Position numbers and translations under genes: made by a program. From Podarcis erhardii (taxonomy: Eukaryota), in NCBI GenBank assembly GCA_964252035.1, contig OZ176208.1: DNA of 64,000 nt. One strand, given 5' to 3'. Below the pieces are notes generated by a model. That model did no database searches, was not told where the DNA came from, and saw only the letters and a program-made list of their open reading frames with translations. Positions 14,944 to 29,385 of the stretch are shown here, one piece after another. Each line of letters begins with the position of its first letter. Position 1 is the first letter of the stretch.

Positions 14944-15163
14944 CAGTGGTACCTCGGGTTAAGTACTTAATTCATTCCGGAGGTCCGTTCTTAACCTGAA
15001 ACTGTTCTTAACCTGAAGCACCACTTTAGCTAATGGGGCCTCCTGCTGCGCCGCCGGAGCACGATTTCTGTTCTCATCCTGAAGCAAAGTTCTTCACCTA
15101 AAGCACTATTTCTGGGTTAGTGGAGTGTGTAACCTGAAGCGTATGTAACCTGAGGTACCACTG
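14944..15163. mobile_element. Tc1/mariner (Tigger-like) MITE, 220 bp
   Basis: TIRs CAGTGGTACCTC(G/A)GGTTA flanked by TA duplications at 14942-14943 and 15164-15165. Confidence 0.92.
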
Positions 15164-18100
15164 TATTTGAATTGGGTTTTCAGTGTTGGTGTGATGCAAG
15201 CAAGAGGGGGAATTGTTACAGTCGGGTAAAGGCAGAAGTTGATAAAACACAGCAAGCTGAAGAGTGGGTCAGAGGCATGGTTGATATATGTTTGAGTACA
15301 TGGCTACAGCTATGGGGGAGAAGCAAGGCCCTCTTGGGGTGTCAATGCTGTGAAGCCCTCCACCACATAGGTTGCATATATGTATAAATAAACCATATAT
15401 CATAGACACCATAGTCTCTACTGTGCCTCTTTCCAAAAGAAAACACAGATGCTGGGTAATTGTCAGGAACCCCATGAATCTCATACTGCTCAGAGATAGA
15501 AGTGGCATGTAACAATGTGTGTGTGTGTGTGTGTGTGTGTTTGGTTAAAAACCATGTAATAAATAAGGAAACATATTAGGAAAAAAATATGCTTGTAAAC
15601 ACCCTCATGCTGACTGGGGATGAAGACCCATTAGACTAGAGAGGAAGGGTGAATATCACTGCCTTGGAAGAGAAACTGTCATCAGTTGCCTTTCAGCTCT
15701 AACCCAGTTCAGTCACTGGCAAAAGGAAATGAGACTTTGCATCTCTGTCCTTTATGTAGATGACAGAGAAAACACTGATGGAGTTAATCAACAATTGAAC
15801 TTTGACGTTCCATTGACTCCCTCATCCTTCCTGAAATGAATGGAATTTAAAGTGCTTACATATGGTAAACTTACTTAATTTTACTTATTTATTTAATTAT
15901 AAGCATTTGTATATAAACCGTTTAATATTTTTTTAAAAATATCCAAATGTGTACAACAGAAAGCAATAAATAATATAATTGGCATCACAAAGCAAATAAA
16001 ACAGTTGTATAAGCCCCGTTCTGTGCCCAATAAGCACAGGACGCGTTTGCCTGGAGGCACTGTGGCCAATAGATTGCTGAAAAATGCTGGTGAAGGTTTT
16101 GCCCAGTATCCTCTCTGTGCCATGAGCTCATGCAGTAAAGCTATCCCATGAGTCCTTGTAGCAGAGGGGAGGGGAAAGCCCATAAAAGGCTGCTTGCCCT
16201 GGAGTTCAGAGCTATTTTGAGAGCTTCCCACCTGTCCACCCTCAGGTTTGAGCCTTCACTGAGCAATTTTGGGTCACTTGTTGACAGAGCCATCAAGGAT
16301 TTCCCCCCCTCTCAACCTAATTGGCACTTGGTGGTTTTTCCTCCGCTTTCCCTCAGTGAAATTATGGTTTTCCTTTGTTAGGCAGAAGAACATTGTTTCT
16401 ATGAGGATGGAAATGGCATTGGGCAGGATCAACATAGTATAAGGGAGCCCCCATAAAGGGTCTGAGGGGAGGATTGACCACGGCAAACCCAAGCGTGGGT
16501 TCGGTATCTGCCTGGTTGGAATCTGCCCCCTGGTCCCCCAGTGAGACCTTGCTTGCTTGGCTTGCACCATGGCAAGGCTCAACAATGGCTGTCTCCCATG
16601 GTAGAGGTTTGGAGCAATCCAAACCCAGTGGATCCATTCCATCAACATGAGGCTTGTGGAATGATGAACTGATCCTGGGCCCAATGCCATGCCAACCCTT
16701 GCCCTGCCTGCTGATGGCTATAAAGATTTGGCCTGGTTTTATCCCATCACCATTGTACAGTCTAGTTACTTTGCTGCTCTCATGGGGCACATAATTCTCC
16801 TGCCTGGGCAAAAGCATATAACTACAGGAATTCAGACAAATATTCGCAAGCCTGTATCACAATACAGCTTACAAATGCATAGGAAATAAATCACTTCATT
16901 ATAGTGTTAGCCAGTGTCTTGCTCCAGCAATCAAAGTTTTTTTTGTTGCAAAGTGTGTCATGTGTTTCTGACTGGTGTCTTCTCTCTGGATTCCAAATTA
17001 CCTTGACTACTAGAGTAATCATAGAGAGAGGGCAGGGATCATCGATGACAAGATGAAACTGGTCCTTTAAGTAATGAAGTTAAGGTTCTGGGCCAGTCAG
17101 CACAAGGACTGTGTAAATTAGTCAAAGAAAAATGGTCATGTATTCCAACACAGAGACATTTATACTTACAATGGTGTTGATAATGCAAAAGTCTGCCTGC
17201 TAGAGGTGTTTATGTATGTTGCTACTTGTCACAGAGATTGATCAACAGATGCATTGTAGAAAAGTTCACCCACAAGTTTCTACAGGCCCTTTAAGTCATG
17301 TGTTGGTTCATTACATAAGCTTATTCTTAATTCTGTGAATGGTAACTATTGAAAACCTTGCTAGTTAAAAGGCATGCATAATAGGAACTACAATAACGTC
17401 CAGTAGATTTTCCCCCAATAGATCCATATGTTAAATATGCATTGTGTGAAGTTGTGCCATACACTCCAATATTTCTCCAATGAAAATGAGGTGTCCTATT
17501 CCATAATAATAACAATGATAATTTTATCATTTATACCTGCCCATCACACTGGGTTTCCCCAGCCCCTCTGGGTGGCTTCCAACATACAAAGAAATAATAA
17601 AAACTTAAAGATCAAAAACTTCCCTATATAGGGCTGACTTAAGATGTCTTCTAAAGGTTGCATAGTTACTTATGTCATTGGCTTGGGGGTCGCATAACTC
17701 CATACCCTCCAACATTTCTCCAATGAAAACAGGAACTTGTTAAGGAAAAAAGGATCAAATTAGAAACCGGGACAGCTTCTGTAAATTCAGGACTGTCCCT
17801 GGAAAATAGGAACAATTGTGGGGGCTTTTGTGGTGCATTCCTTTGTTTTGTACCAACAAAGAATTGGGTGTGAACACACCTTTCCAAATTAGCATGTGAA
17901 GCCTCTGAAGACCATGCTTCCCAGAGCACGGCTTGAATGAAGATAGCTATGATTCATAACACTCTTTGCATTCATAGATTATCTTGTAATATTTGTTAAT
18001 GGGGACTACAGTTTCATGTTCCTATGATCCACACTTGGATTTCTGTAATCTTATCATGCAAATCTTTGTAGAAGAGATTAAAAGGTAGATCAGATTTCTT

Positions 18101-19542
18101 AATCGAGATGCAATAGACTACTCCTCAGCTTTAATTTTTTCAGCGATGCACACTGCAATGCAATAAGATGGGTTTATATTTTACCTTTGTCAAATTGATG
18201 TGAATGAGTAATCTTTGCAACACTCAGAATCACTGTGGATTTAAAGATTATCTTTCTCTTTATCTTGTCAGAGCCTCAGGTTGACATCTCATTGGAAAGA
18301 TGGCACTAGTGGCTTCCATCTTATTTTCCTAATGCGGCATTAACATAAAAACATGACAGCTCCAACCTGCTAAAATGTTGAAGGGGGTCCCTTCTGCACA
18401 TCTCTCTCATCACAACGCTACACCTTCATCCCCCTTTGCTCCTTCTTCCCACAAATGCTTCCCTGACAGTTTTTGTCAATGAATCCGTTTGAAAAGGAAG
18501 AAATGTGGTGCCATAAAACTTGTTCTCCTGGCAGAAGATATATTTGCATGGTTTACCTTCAGCTTCTGTTTGATATTTTGCTTCAGCTTCCGCTTAATAC
18601 CCAACAAGATGACACTGTGTTTGCTAACATCATTGCAGACAGCAGCAGGCTTTTTCTATTTCCACACCCCACACCCCACCCGGCAAGCAGTGTGTTTGTG
18701 GGTAGCTGAAATGTAATTATAGATTGCAAATTAACGCCTAAATACTTCGTCTCCTACTCGTTACCAAAATAGGTGCTCAATATATCAATACCATGAATAA
18801 TGAATAAAAACCACTCAGCCACAAATACAACCTTGCTTTCAGAGCACTTTACAAGGCACAGGTTCTTTAAAAAAAGTGAGAAGTCACTTATTACTTTGAC
18901 TTACAGATATGAGCCCCTTTAGGTATGCATAAGTATATGGGGATCTACAGATTATTTCAAGGTTTCTCTCTGGCAGTAGAACCTTGCACAGGACCAAAGG
19001 TCTAGCTGGCATTTCCTTGAGCTTCATGTTGGGTGTGCAAATGCTCCCTGAAATGGTTGCTCAGAGGCTCTGCTTCATGTGCTGGGTTCACGACACAGTC
19101 CTTTGGACTAGGGCCGATAAGCCCAATCAGAGCACACATAGGACTCCTAAATGTGCACAAGACTCCAGTCAAAGAGGTATTTCCTTGGTCTCTCCAGCAA
19201 AAGGGGAGACTTTTGTGTAAACAATGGAGAGAATGGTTGTGCCAGTACAGAACACCCTGAGGCATAATTATGGTGCAGAAAGGAATACCCATACCAACTT
19301 CAAGTGAACTAGGATGGGGACCTTCCTTTGGCACTGGTAGATTCACTGAACTCAAAAGTTAGATGGCTAGAGTATGGTGCTGTTGCTTGTAGTTACCTCA
19401 GCTTTTGGAAAGTTTGGCTGTGTGATGCATGGGTCAGACAGTAGCTGATAACAGGCCAAGAGCTAGGGAAGGTGGAGTTGGCCAGTGGTGATGATACACA
19501 CCGAAGCCATCCTAACTATTATCTTACAAAACAGTACCTACA

Positions 19543-19923
19543 GTAAGGTAAAAGGCAAAGGACACCTGGACAGTTGAATTCAGTCAAATTTGACTATGGG
19601 GTACAGTGCTCTCTTGCTTCAGGCTAAGAGAGCCGGTGTTTGTCCACAGACAGCTTTCCGGGTCATGTGGCCAGCATGTCTAAACCGCTTCTGGTGCAAT
19701 GGGACACATGACTAGTGCCAAGATGCACGGAAACACCATTTACCTTCCCGCCACAGTGGTACCTATTTATCTACTTGCACTGGTATGCTTTCGAACTGCT
19801 AGGTTGGCAGAAGCTGGGACAGAGCAATGGGAGCTCACCCTGTCATGTGGATTCGAACCACCAACCTTCCAGTCAGCAAACCCAAGAGGCTCAGGGGTTT
19901 AGACCACAGTACCACCTGCTCCC
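19543..19923 (-). mobile_element. Sauria SINE
   Basis: Contains GGGTCATGTGGCCAGCATG, ACCTATTTATCTACTTGCAC and GGATTCGAACC (B box), with a (TTTACC)n-type tail. Confidence 0.9.
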
Positions 19924-22900
19924 TTTAGTGCCTATAGTATGCATATGTGTTTGTGTGCAGGCAAGTAGCTAATCCACATTGGTCTCTCTGTTGAGTTTAG
20001 ATCATTGCAAATAATAATAGTTATGTCCCCTAGTTTATCTCAAATATTGTCCCATTCACATTTGGGGCAAGGGTGAGGAAATAGAGCTCTCGTGTATGGT
20101 AGAGGCTTTAAAAAACTCTCAGCACAGGAACAAATGACACATTGCCAATTGGTTCATCATGAGAAAACCATTTACACTGGTGCCTGCTACTTGCTTTGTA
20201 GGGAAGACAATCTATGCCAGCTGGAAGGTGGCAAGAGTGTAGCAGGTGAATGTCCTTTACATATGCTGGAATAGATTTTTTGAAAAGCACAGATGGCACC
20301 TGGTCAAGCCATTTCCCCTGGAATACAATGAGTGCTTTGCTATTCTCTATTTTGAAATAGGACTCTCATATAGCAGCTGTTTATTGGGAACATGTGGAAA
20401 AACGTGAAGAGGCTGCTAGTCCCTGGTGTCACATAGAAGAGAGCTTGCCTGGATTTCAAACCATCATTTCTTTTGGTCATTTTATGCAAGAGGAATGAGC
20501 ATTATGCAAGAGCAGCTGAAACTGTCATTGACTCCACCATGGCTAAATTCAGAACTGTGGTCAAAGAATGGAAGAAAAGCCATGGCTCGGGCACAGAGTA
20601 TACTCTGCATGCAGAAGGTTAATATTCAGACCAGTCATATTTAGTATTTTGAATATGTGACCACCCACGCTCCCCATGTACAGTATGGGCAATAGCCAGT
20701 CATCAGTTGAAGGGGCTAAGTAGGGATTTTGGAGTGGGTGCCCTGATTGGCATCCTTGGAATGGCATGGCTGGTTCCTGTTGTGGCATGAAGTATGTTCA
20801 GGTAAGGAAACGAGTTCAGGTAAGGAAACGAATAGTTGGGGGAACTGAGTTATCACAATATTGGGTAGAGGCCATTTTGGGTAGAAGCAAATATGCAGTC
20901 TATGACATCTAGTACAATGGAGACAAAAGGGAGTCAGAAGTGTATGCTAATTGATTGATTGATTAATTAATTAATTAAAAATAAATGAATCACATTTCAT
21001 ATAAAATGGCATGGCAGTTTACAGGGTAAAATCAATTCAATAAAACAATAAAATACACCTCCCAAGGGTGCCAAGGGGGGGGGGGGGGCAGTCCCTTCAA
21101 ATATTTTATTGAGGGGACCAAAGACCCCTCAGCCCCTAGGAGTTGGCTTGTATACACACACACACACAATACAGATACTAAATTCCCAAGAGAATTCTTA
21201 TTAAAAGTTACTTATTGGGAATGCCCTTGATGTCTTAGCCAACTGGTGGCACACCATTACTGCAGGTGCCCAATGTGTTTCCATGGGAAGGTTCTACCAC
21301 AGCAAGAGCTTTACTGTGGAGGAAGCCCTTCCTTGAGTTATCACTAGATGAATCTCTGTAGGGTGCAGAACAGCTAGAAGCACCTCCTTCAACCACATCT
21401 GTGCTCAGGTTGTGATGAATAGGAGGAAATAAAAGACATGGGGCAAGAGGTACATGTGGGCACAGCATTTTCTTCACCAAGTGCAGTTGGTCCCTGGAGC
21501 TCCAGAAATAATCTCTATCTTACCTTCTGAGACATAGCCTCATATTGCCTGCAAAAAAAGAGTTCTACCTCCACAATCAGATGCAGTATGCTTCTGAATG
21601 ACGATTGCTGGAAATTGCAGTAGAGGAGAGTGCTGTCGCACTCAGGTCATACTTGTGAGTTTACCATTGGGGCATCTGGTTGCCCACTATGGGAGCAGGA
21701 TGCTGGACTAGATGGGACACTGGCCTGATCAAGCAGGGCTATTCTTACATTCTTAACATTGACGGCGAAATCTAATTGTTAAACTATTATTCTGGTAAAC
21801 TTCTACTTAATGACTCCATATTTACCGGTACTATTCCTTTTTGGAAAAGATATGCAGCTTCACATTTGTTTCTTTAGTGAGTAAAAACTTCAATGCTGCT
21901 TGTGCAGTCACATAAATTAGTAAGTTACTGATAATATTTTGTTGTTCTCCTGATCCATCCTTCCTTCCTTCCCATAAATATCAGCCAGTTTTCATAGCAT
22001 ATACAATGACAGTCAAAGACACTACCAAAATACCTGTCCACTCCTTTCAGAAATGCTATGTTGGTGGTTTTCATTGTTTAAAAAACGTTAAGTATTTTAA
22101 CACGAATATGTGCAGCTCACTAAACAGACAAAAAGGAAAAGAATATTGCTCCATATAATGTTAAATAGATAAACAAGGCTAGCCAACATTAAGATGAAAG
22201 GGGTTCATTTCTGAAGATCTAGGGTTTCTCTTTTCCTGTAACTTTAATTATAATCATTGAGTGTCATCTCCTTTGACATTTATGGGAATTTATTAATCAT
22301 GGACCAAATAGGATAAGGCATTGCATTTTGTCTTCTTTGGTTACCAAGTCCTCAGCCAGACAAGAGACAGCAGTAAGCATATATGGCCAGGCTTTACTGG
22401 TGATTGGTTTCTGCTGTTTCTGTTGCTTGACTGGTTGTAATGCTCAGCAGGGAGCATGTGTTCCCACATGCTCTCTGAAATATTAATACACAAAATCGTA
22501 CTGAGGTTTCTGATAGCAGCAGATTGGCTGCTCTGCGGTTTTCTGATTAGAGGTGTATTGGTGATTCCGAGAAGCCAGTGGCGCCTAAATGGCCTATGCC
22601 TAATAAGGTTTTGAAAGCTGATAGCATAATTTAAGAGGGCTCAGACTCACAAAGCTACAGACCTGGCTGACCTCTGCAAATTGCAGTGTTTGTTAATGCT
22701 TCTGGTATAGACATCTTTTAGTCAACCAAAAGCAGGTATATTAAGTGAAAAATTGACTTGTGGTTCACAGCAAGAGGCTAGTCTCCTGGCTTAGGCTTGA
22801 CAGACACTTTCTCCTCATGTTTAAACAGAGAGGTTTCAGAATCTATTTCTTCCCTGAGCGTTTGAGAATGCAGCATTCAAAAGGGATCCCTTTATGCTTT

Positions 22901-24739
22901 CCTTAAAAAAACACACCCTACACCCCCCCAAAAAATAATTACATGGGGAAAAAACTTTTAGCGTCATAATCTTGTACATCATGCACCTCTTGGGAAATCT
23001 AAAAACAATTTAAGGAAGAGAAAGCACAGGAAGGGAGGGGAAATCCTTTTACTTTGAGCTCTGTGATTATAATCATGTAAGCGTCAGACTTGGTAGAAAT
23101 GGAATATAAAAGAAGAAGTGATTAAAACGGGCACTAAAATTTATATTGTGTTTTCAGAATCAATTTTAATTAAATGAGGTGGTGGCCAGCTAATGGTGTT
23201 TTTAAAATGAATATTCTTACTAAATGTTTAATGACAATATGTCTGCTAGAGAACATCCCCCTTAATCTTTCAAAGAGGATATTATGGAAATGCGAGAGAG
23301 TTTTGAAGTAGCAGCAGCTGCCAGTTTGCAAGGTTTTGTAGAGGAAGAGAAAGTTCTCTCTGTGATAATGTGATGGATGCTGATCAATCTCTAGAAGCCA
23401 TACCAGTGGAATGGTTCCGTCACATAGTTACAAAGGTAACACACATCATTCTCAATTATAATTAACTCATTGGTCAATGCAGAAGCAAATAATAAACCGC
23501 TGTTCTGGACGTACCCTTTATAACAGTATCTTTACTATGTTTTACTACATTGTTATTGTGAAACTTCAATGGACTTTCCATATTAACATAATCGTTTGAT
23601 TGTTTTTGAAAGTGTGATTAGGTTCTTTCCTCTCCCTCTCACCAGCAAAATCCAGTTTTATGAACATGCAGACAAATTATTGATAGCTCTTTGTGTCTTT
23701 AGGGGGGAAAAATACCCTTAGTATAATGGAGTCCTGAGGGACATTTTCCTGCCACACTTTCTGGATCTGATGGTTACCACTGTCATTTCCCTCAATATCT
23801 AACATTTTACTGACAAAAATGGAGCTCAAAGGCAAATAAAGGGCTCATGCAAAAGTTCCTTGGTTCAATCCCTAGAATCCTCCAGGGCTCACAGGCACAC
23901 TTGTTTGATATCTTGCAACACACACAAACACACACAAATCCAACTAGTTGTAAGGTATCAAAACTTGTTTGGGCATTACTCAGCAAGCAGACAGCTGAAA
24001 ATTGATACACACTTAGTTGAAAACACCCTCTAATTGTTATAAAATCTAAAAACGGAAGATTTTTTTTTTTTTTACCTTTCTAGTCTGGAAAGGGAGGAAT
24101 GATGTACATCCCAGAAATTTAAAGATACTTATACTTTAACTATAAAAGTACAGTTCAGCACACAGCCAGGATAATAAAATGTGCACCAGCTTTCCAGTGG
24201 TTCTCTTCTTCTCCAGAATCAGAGCTGTTGGCATGGAACTAAAAAGTTTGTATATTGCTATGACTGTTGTTATTCACAGATGCTCAGAGCTGTTCTTTAT
24301 TGAAAATCAACCATGTCCACAAACCTCACAATTCACACCAAATTCATTGGTGAGCCAAATTATTAAGCCATTCTCAATTGATCAAGATTATGATTTTTGC
24401 TACACTTACACAAAATTAGGACAAACATGTGCTTTATCTCACCACAGGAGAATGTGACTTTCCGAAGCAAGTACAGAAGAAAGGATGAAGCAGACAATAC
24501 TGTACTCAAGCCAAAAATAAACACTAGGTTCTGTATTTTTGTCAAGATTCATAGAATCCTTGCTATGGAAACACCATAATGAAAATTTGAATATATTTAC
24601 TATTTAGCTCTAGTTAAGATATAGGAAATTCAGACCTGTCTTATGTTAGGACACAGGTGAGGAATAAGAACTAGTTGGTGGGCTAGAATTCAGTATGGTC
24701 AAAATAATTCAGTATCTTTAGCCAGGGGAGTAGAAGATT

Positions 24740-25020
24740 GAGGAGGTGATGGAGATATGATAACAGTCTTCAAATATCTGTAGGGCTATCACACAGTAGA
24801 TATAGCCGTCTTCCGCTCTGTTGCCCCAGAGAGTAACACTAGAAACCATCAGTGGAAATTGCAGGGAAATGTAGTTCAGCTTCTGAACACAAAGAGCTGT
24901 TCAGCAGTGGAACAGATTAACTCAGTAGCTGGTAAGCTTTCCTTTACTAGAGGTATTAAACAGACATTGGACACCCATCTCTCAGGGATGCTGTAGCTGC
25001 ATCCTAGATAGCAGGGCCTG
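24740..25020 (+). mobile_element. Degraded CR1 3' fragment
   Basis: GATATGATAACAGTCTTCAAATATCTG...GCTGTTCAGCAGTGGAACAG...CATCTCTCAGGGATGCTGTAG resembles CR1 3' coding/UTR sequence. Confidence 0.7.
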
Positions 25021-28000
25021 TGCTGAGGAGGAGAAATCAAGCAGAAACGTGGTCACATTTATGCTATCTCCCAGCATAGACCATCCACCAGGCTGACTGA
25101 AAAAAATGTCTCACAGTCTTTTCACATTATTTTACCACAGAAACATTCTTCTTTAAAAAATATCACCTGTGATTCTGAGAAGCAAATGGGAAAGTATCTC
25201 AATCTTACTCTTGAAGAATTAACTCCAAACCTTCAATAATAAAGTGATAAGGCAGCCAATTAATTTGGACATTTTTAGTTTAGAGTAGACCATATGCAGT
25301 TAAAATTCAAAAGTTTGGTCATTATTATACTTAAGACAACATCATCTATGCTACTCATCACTGAACAAGTGGGGACGAGAACTTCAATTTAAACTGAATG
25401 AAAGTTTCAAATATTTAGTTGATGTAAATAGGTTATGTATGGTACATCTACACCCTTATATATGCTAGCTGATTATCCCCTTTGTTCTCTAGACATGTAC
25501 TTTCTGCCTAGATAGTGGGGTTATTTTAATGTCTGACTTTAATGTCTGGTGTAGTGTAGTGTAGTGTGTAGTGCATTAGTCTTGAACTGAAAAGGCCTAG
25601 CCGTGAAGCTCAACTGGTGTTCTTGGACCAGTTAGAGTGTGTGATTTCAGTCTAGTCAAGCTAGGGATAGACTAATAAGTCAATTTTTATTTCTCCCCAT
25701 TTCTCATTCTTTTCCAACCTTAAATTCAGCTTGCCTTATTTCTTTCACTTTTTTTGTCCCCCCCCCCCAAAGAATAGTCTGCACAAATTTCCATTCTGCC
25801 TAACATACACATTTTTGCAACATACGTCTCCTAACACAATGGTAAATTCTAGGGTAATGAAATCTACCAGAATTATATAGGCCTCACACCACATACAGTA
25901 AGTGGGTAATAACTTCTGATAGATACAGTATCTTATGGATTTTTGCAGGTTCCGAGCCACACAGTGATGTACATGCACAGTTGTACATGCAGTTCCATGA
26001 AGATGTTGAAATGAATGCACATAGATTACATGTGGTACTTACTGTAGTCCTGCTTCTCCTTCTCATCTATGGTTGCACACCCTTAATTCTTCATCTGAAT
26101 ATGGTTAATGAAAGATACTTTTCAAAAATATATTATGTGCCAATATTCTGTTTCTCATGGTAGTTTTGAAATATGCAGATGCATCTTAATTGGAAAAATA
26201 ATGTGGTTGAATGAGGTGATGGCCAATGAGTTCTTTACCAGAACTGAGCATGGTTGGATTTTACCACAGGCAATAAGGCAAATATAATCTTGCCCTGGGA
26301 ACCTACAGTGGACAGTCTAGAAACAGAACGGCCACACTGCAGTTATCACCTGCATTTTTTATTGCAGACTCTTAAAATATTTGTACACTTACAGATATTC
26401 TTCAACATGTGCCTCCACCATTGAATTGTCTTATGTGTTATATATTTGCTCCAATGCCTTTAATAATCTCTGAATATTTTATATTACACATATAAAATGA
26501 TACCTTTTTCTTTGCACCTGAGTGACCTGGAAAAAAAACAGCAATAATTTCCACCTGTGATGGTAGGTTTAGTTTTAAATACACATTGCAGCCATTTTCT
26601 TCTGATCTCAATGAAACTAGTAACACTGCTGCCATCCTCTGCTTTTCATTCATGTAAGCTCATTTTACAGTCCAACACATCTCTCCCTGTAGATGTAAAC
26701 AAATACTTGGCAACCTGCTCTTTTACAGAGCTATTTACTTTAAAAGACTGGGGGTGAGGGGGAGAGAACTTACCAAAGTACCTGCTCTTTGTAATATCAG
26801 CATTTGTATTCTGATATATACTATTTTAAAGGAAGCACTGACTCTGAGAGCTTCACAAACAGCTATTCTTTAAAAAGGCAATATAGCTTGCTAGAAATGC
26901 CTATTTCCATCTCTCTATATCTTTCTATTATAGCCTCGTGAGATATGCTCCCAACTGGGAAAGACAAAGGATAAGCTGGGTAGTTTAGAAGACAATAGCA
27001 GAGGCACAAATTTCTGGTGCTTTTAAGTGAGGATATTCAGCATAATAAAATGGTAGAGTTGGAAGGGAACCCAAGGGCCATGTAGTCCAACGCCCTGCAA
27101 TACATGAATCACGTTTGAAGAACTCCTGACAGATGTATTCTGCTGGGTACAATTTCTTACCAGAATGTACCTTCATTATAAAGTATGCAAAACAGGCAAA
27201 GCATCCTAAGGTTAGAGATTGGACTAGTCATAAGCATGTAAGTAAAGTCCTGTTGGAGAAGGTCAAAAGCTCATTGGGCATCCTCTTCTCACAGAAACCA
27301 GCCAGATATCTACAGGAAGCCCACAAGCAGGACCTGAGTGCAGCAACACTCTCCCCATTTGTGATTCCTAACACCTACTATCCAGAGGCATACTGCCTCC
27401 AGCAGTGTTCAGGAGCCATCTATGGAATCCTATGCAGACCTGTTGTCAAACTGACACATGCATCGCTACCTGTCTTAGCAGAGCATACAAATGCAGTTGA
27501 GCCAACAATGGCATTTTAAGGATAGTTAACAGATGTTTCCCTAGAAATTCAGAAAGGCACCTTGACTGCCCCACACCTGGTCTTCCTCTCTAATGCTGCC
27601 AGTTGCAGTTCAATCCTATAATGTTTACTCACAAAAAAGCCCCATTTAATGCAATTGGGCTTACTCCCAAGTAGGAGACTGTAAGACTGCAGCCTTAATC
27701 ATTTGCACAAAACGAAGGATTCTTCAAAAAGAACAAAGCAAAATAAAGAGAAATAAAGAACAAAGCAAAATAAAGAGAAAGAAATAAAAGAAATGTGGCT
27801 TCGTAATGCCTATATTTGTCACAAAATGATAGGCTGTAAATCTGAAGTGTTGCTAACAGATTTCTTCAGGAATGCTTCAGCAAGAAACACCAGCTATTCC
27901 AAACATTTTTAAGCTAAAGATGATTGGCAATACATATATATTTAAGCATAAACTAATTGTCCCTCGATTTTTATCATAGGATTGGCAAAACGGATGAAAA

Positions 28001-28844
28001 CATAGATTGCTGATACATAGTTACTCGCCTTTCCAGTAGATGGTGGTGCAGATGTGCTTAAGAGAAGATTGCACTGTAAACTGAAACAAACAGTATGCAG
28101 GGATTCTCTCCCCCACTCCCCACATATAGATTATCAAGGCATTTTTACATGTTTCAGCATTCTAATTAAATTGTGGGAGGCTGTAGAATATGGGAGGAAA
28201 TGCACAACGTGAGTGTTTTATTCTAGATACAAATCCTTCGAAACCACCTCTAGAGGTTCTATTTTTAGAGAAAACCTCTGCTGATTTATACAAATGTTCA
28301 TAAATGAAAGACAAGGATATGTACAAATCAATAGTGCCTATAATTATGTAGCATTGTAAATCTGAGTGATGGCACCAAATCTTAAGTTCTTTGGCAGTGC
28401 ATAAAGCTTCAGCAGCAAGCCTGTTGTAAATTTCATTTCATTTCCTTAACCATGCTTGACCTACCGATCTCACTAATGACAGCAAACAAAACCCTGCATT
28501 TTCCCAATGCAAACTTGAGAGAAAAATCATCTTGCATATTTGCTATGCTTGAACAGTTCATTGGATTTTAAGCATCAATACCGATTATGTAGCATGATCA
28601 TAATAAACTTTTCTTGTATGTAATGAACCCACTGCCTCTTTAGTATACTTAAGGTTGCATTCTTGCAGCATGGCAAGCATCCTATGAATGTTTACTCTGA
28701 AGTAAAACCTGTTGCCTTTCTAGTAAGCATGTTCAGGTTATAGTCTCAGTTTGATAAGATTTCCATAGGAAGGTTTTTTTTAAAAAAGGAAAACCTGTGT
28801 CACATAACTAGGGACACTCTTCCTTCATAATATTAATTATATGT

Positions 28845-28889
<45 letters not shown>

Positions 28890-28894
<5 letters not shown>

Positions 28895-29298
28895 GGACCC
28901 CTGGATGGTTAAGTCCAGTCAAAGGTGACTATGGGGTTGTGGTGCCCATCTCGCTTTCAGGCCAAGAGAGCCAGCGTTTATCCACAGATAGCCTTCTGGG
29001 TCATGTGGCCAGCATGACTTAGCTGCTTCTGGCAATGGAACCGCTGCATGGCAATGAAGCCGCTTCACAGCAATGGAACACTGTGACAGAAGCCAGAGTG
29101 CATGGAAATTCTGTTTACCTTCCTGCCACAATGGTACCTATTTATCTACTTGCAGTGGCGCACTTTCGAACTGTTAGGTTGACAGGAGCGGGGACAGAGC
29201 AAGAGGAGCTCACCGTGTTGCAGGGATTCGAACTGCCGACCTTCCGATCGGCAAGCCCAAGAGGCTCAGTGGCTTAGACCACAGCATCACCCATGTCT
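28890..29298 (-). mobile_element. Sauria SINE
   Basis: Same diagnostic blocks as the 19543 copy. Confidence 0.9.

Positions 29299-29385
<87 letters not shown>
29299..29385. repeat. (GATA)n microsatellite
   Basis: Seen directly. Confidence 0.97.

Noticed and set aside
21235-21480. Minus-strand terminal exon candidate
   Set aside because: No known protein similarity and no partner exons.
27133-27519. 128-aa ORF as a host exon
   Set aside because: No recognisable domain or convincing splice context.
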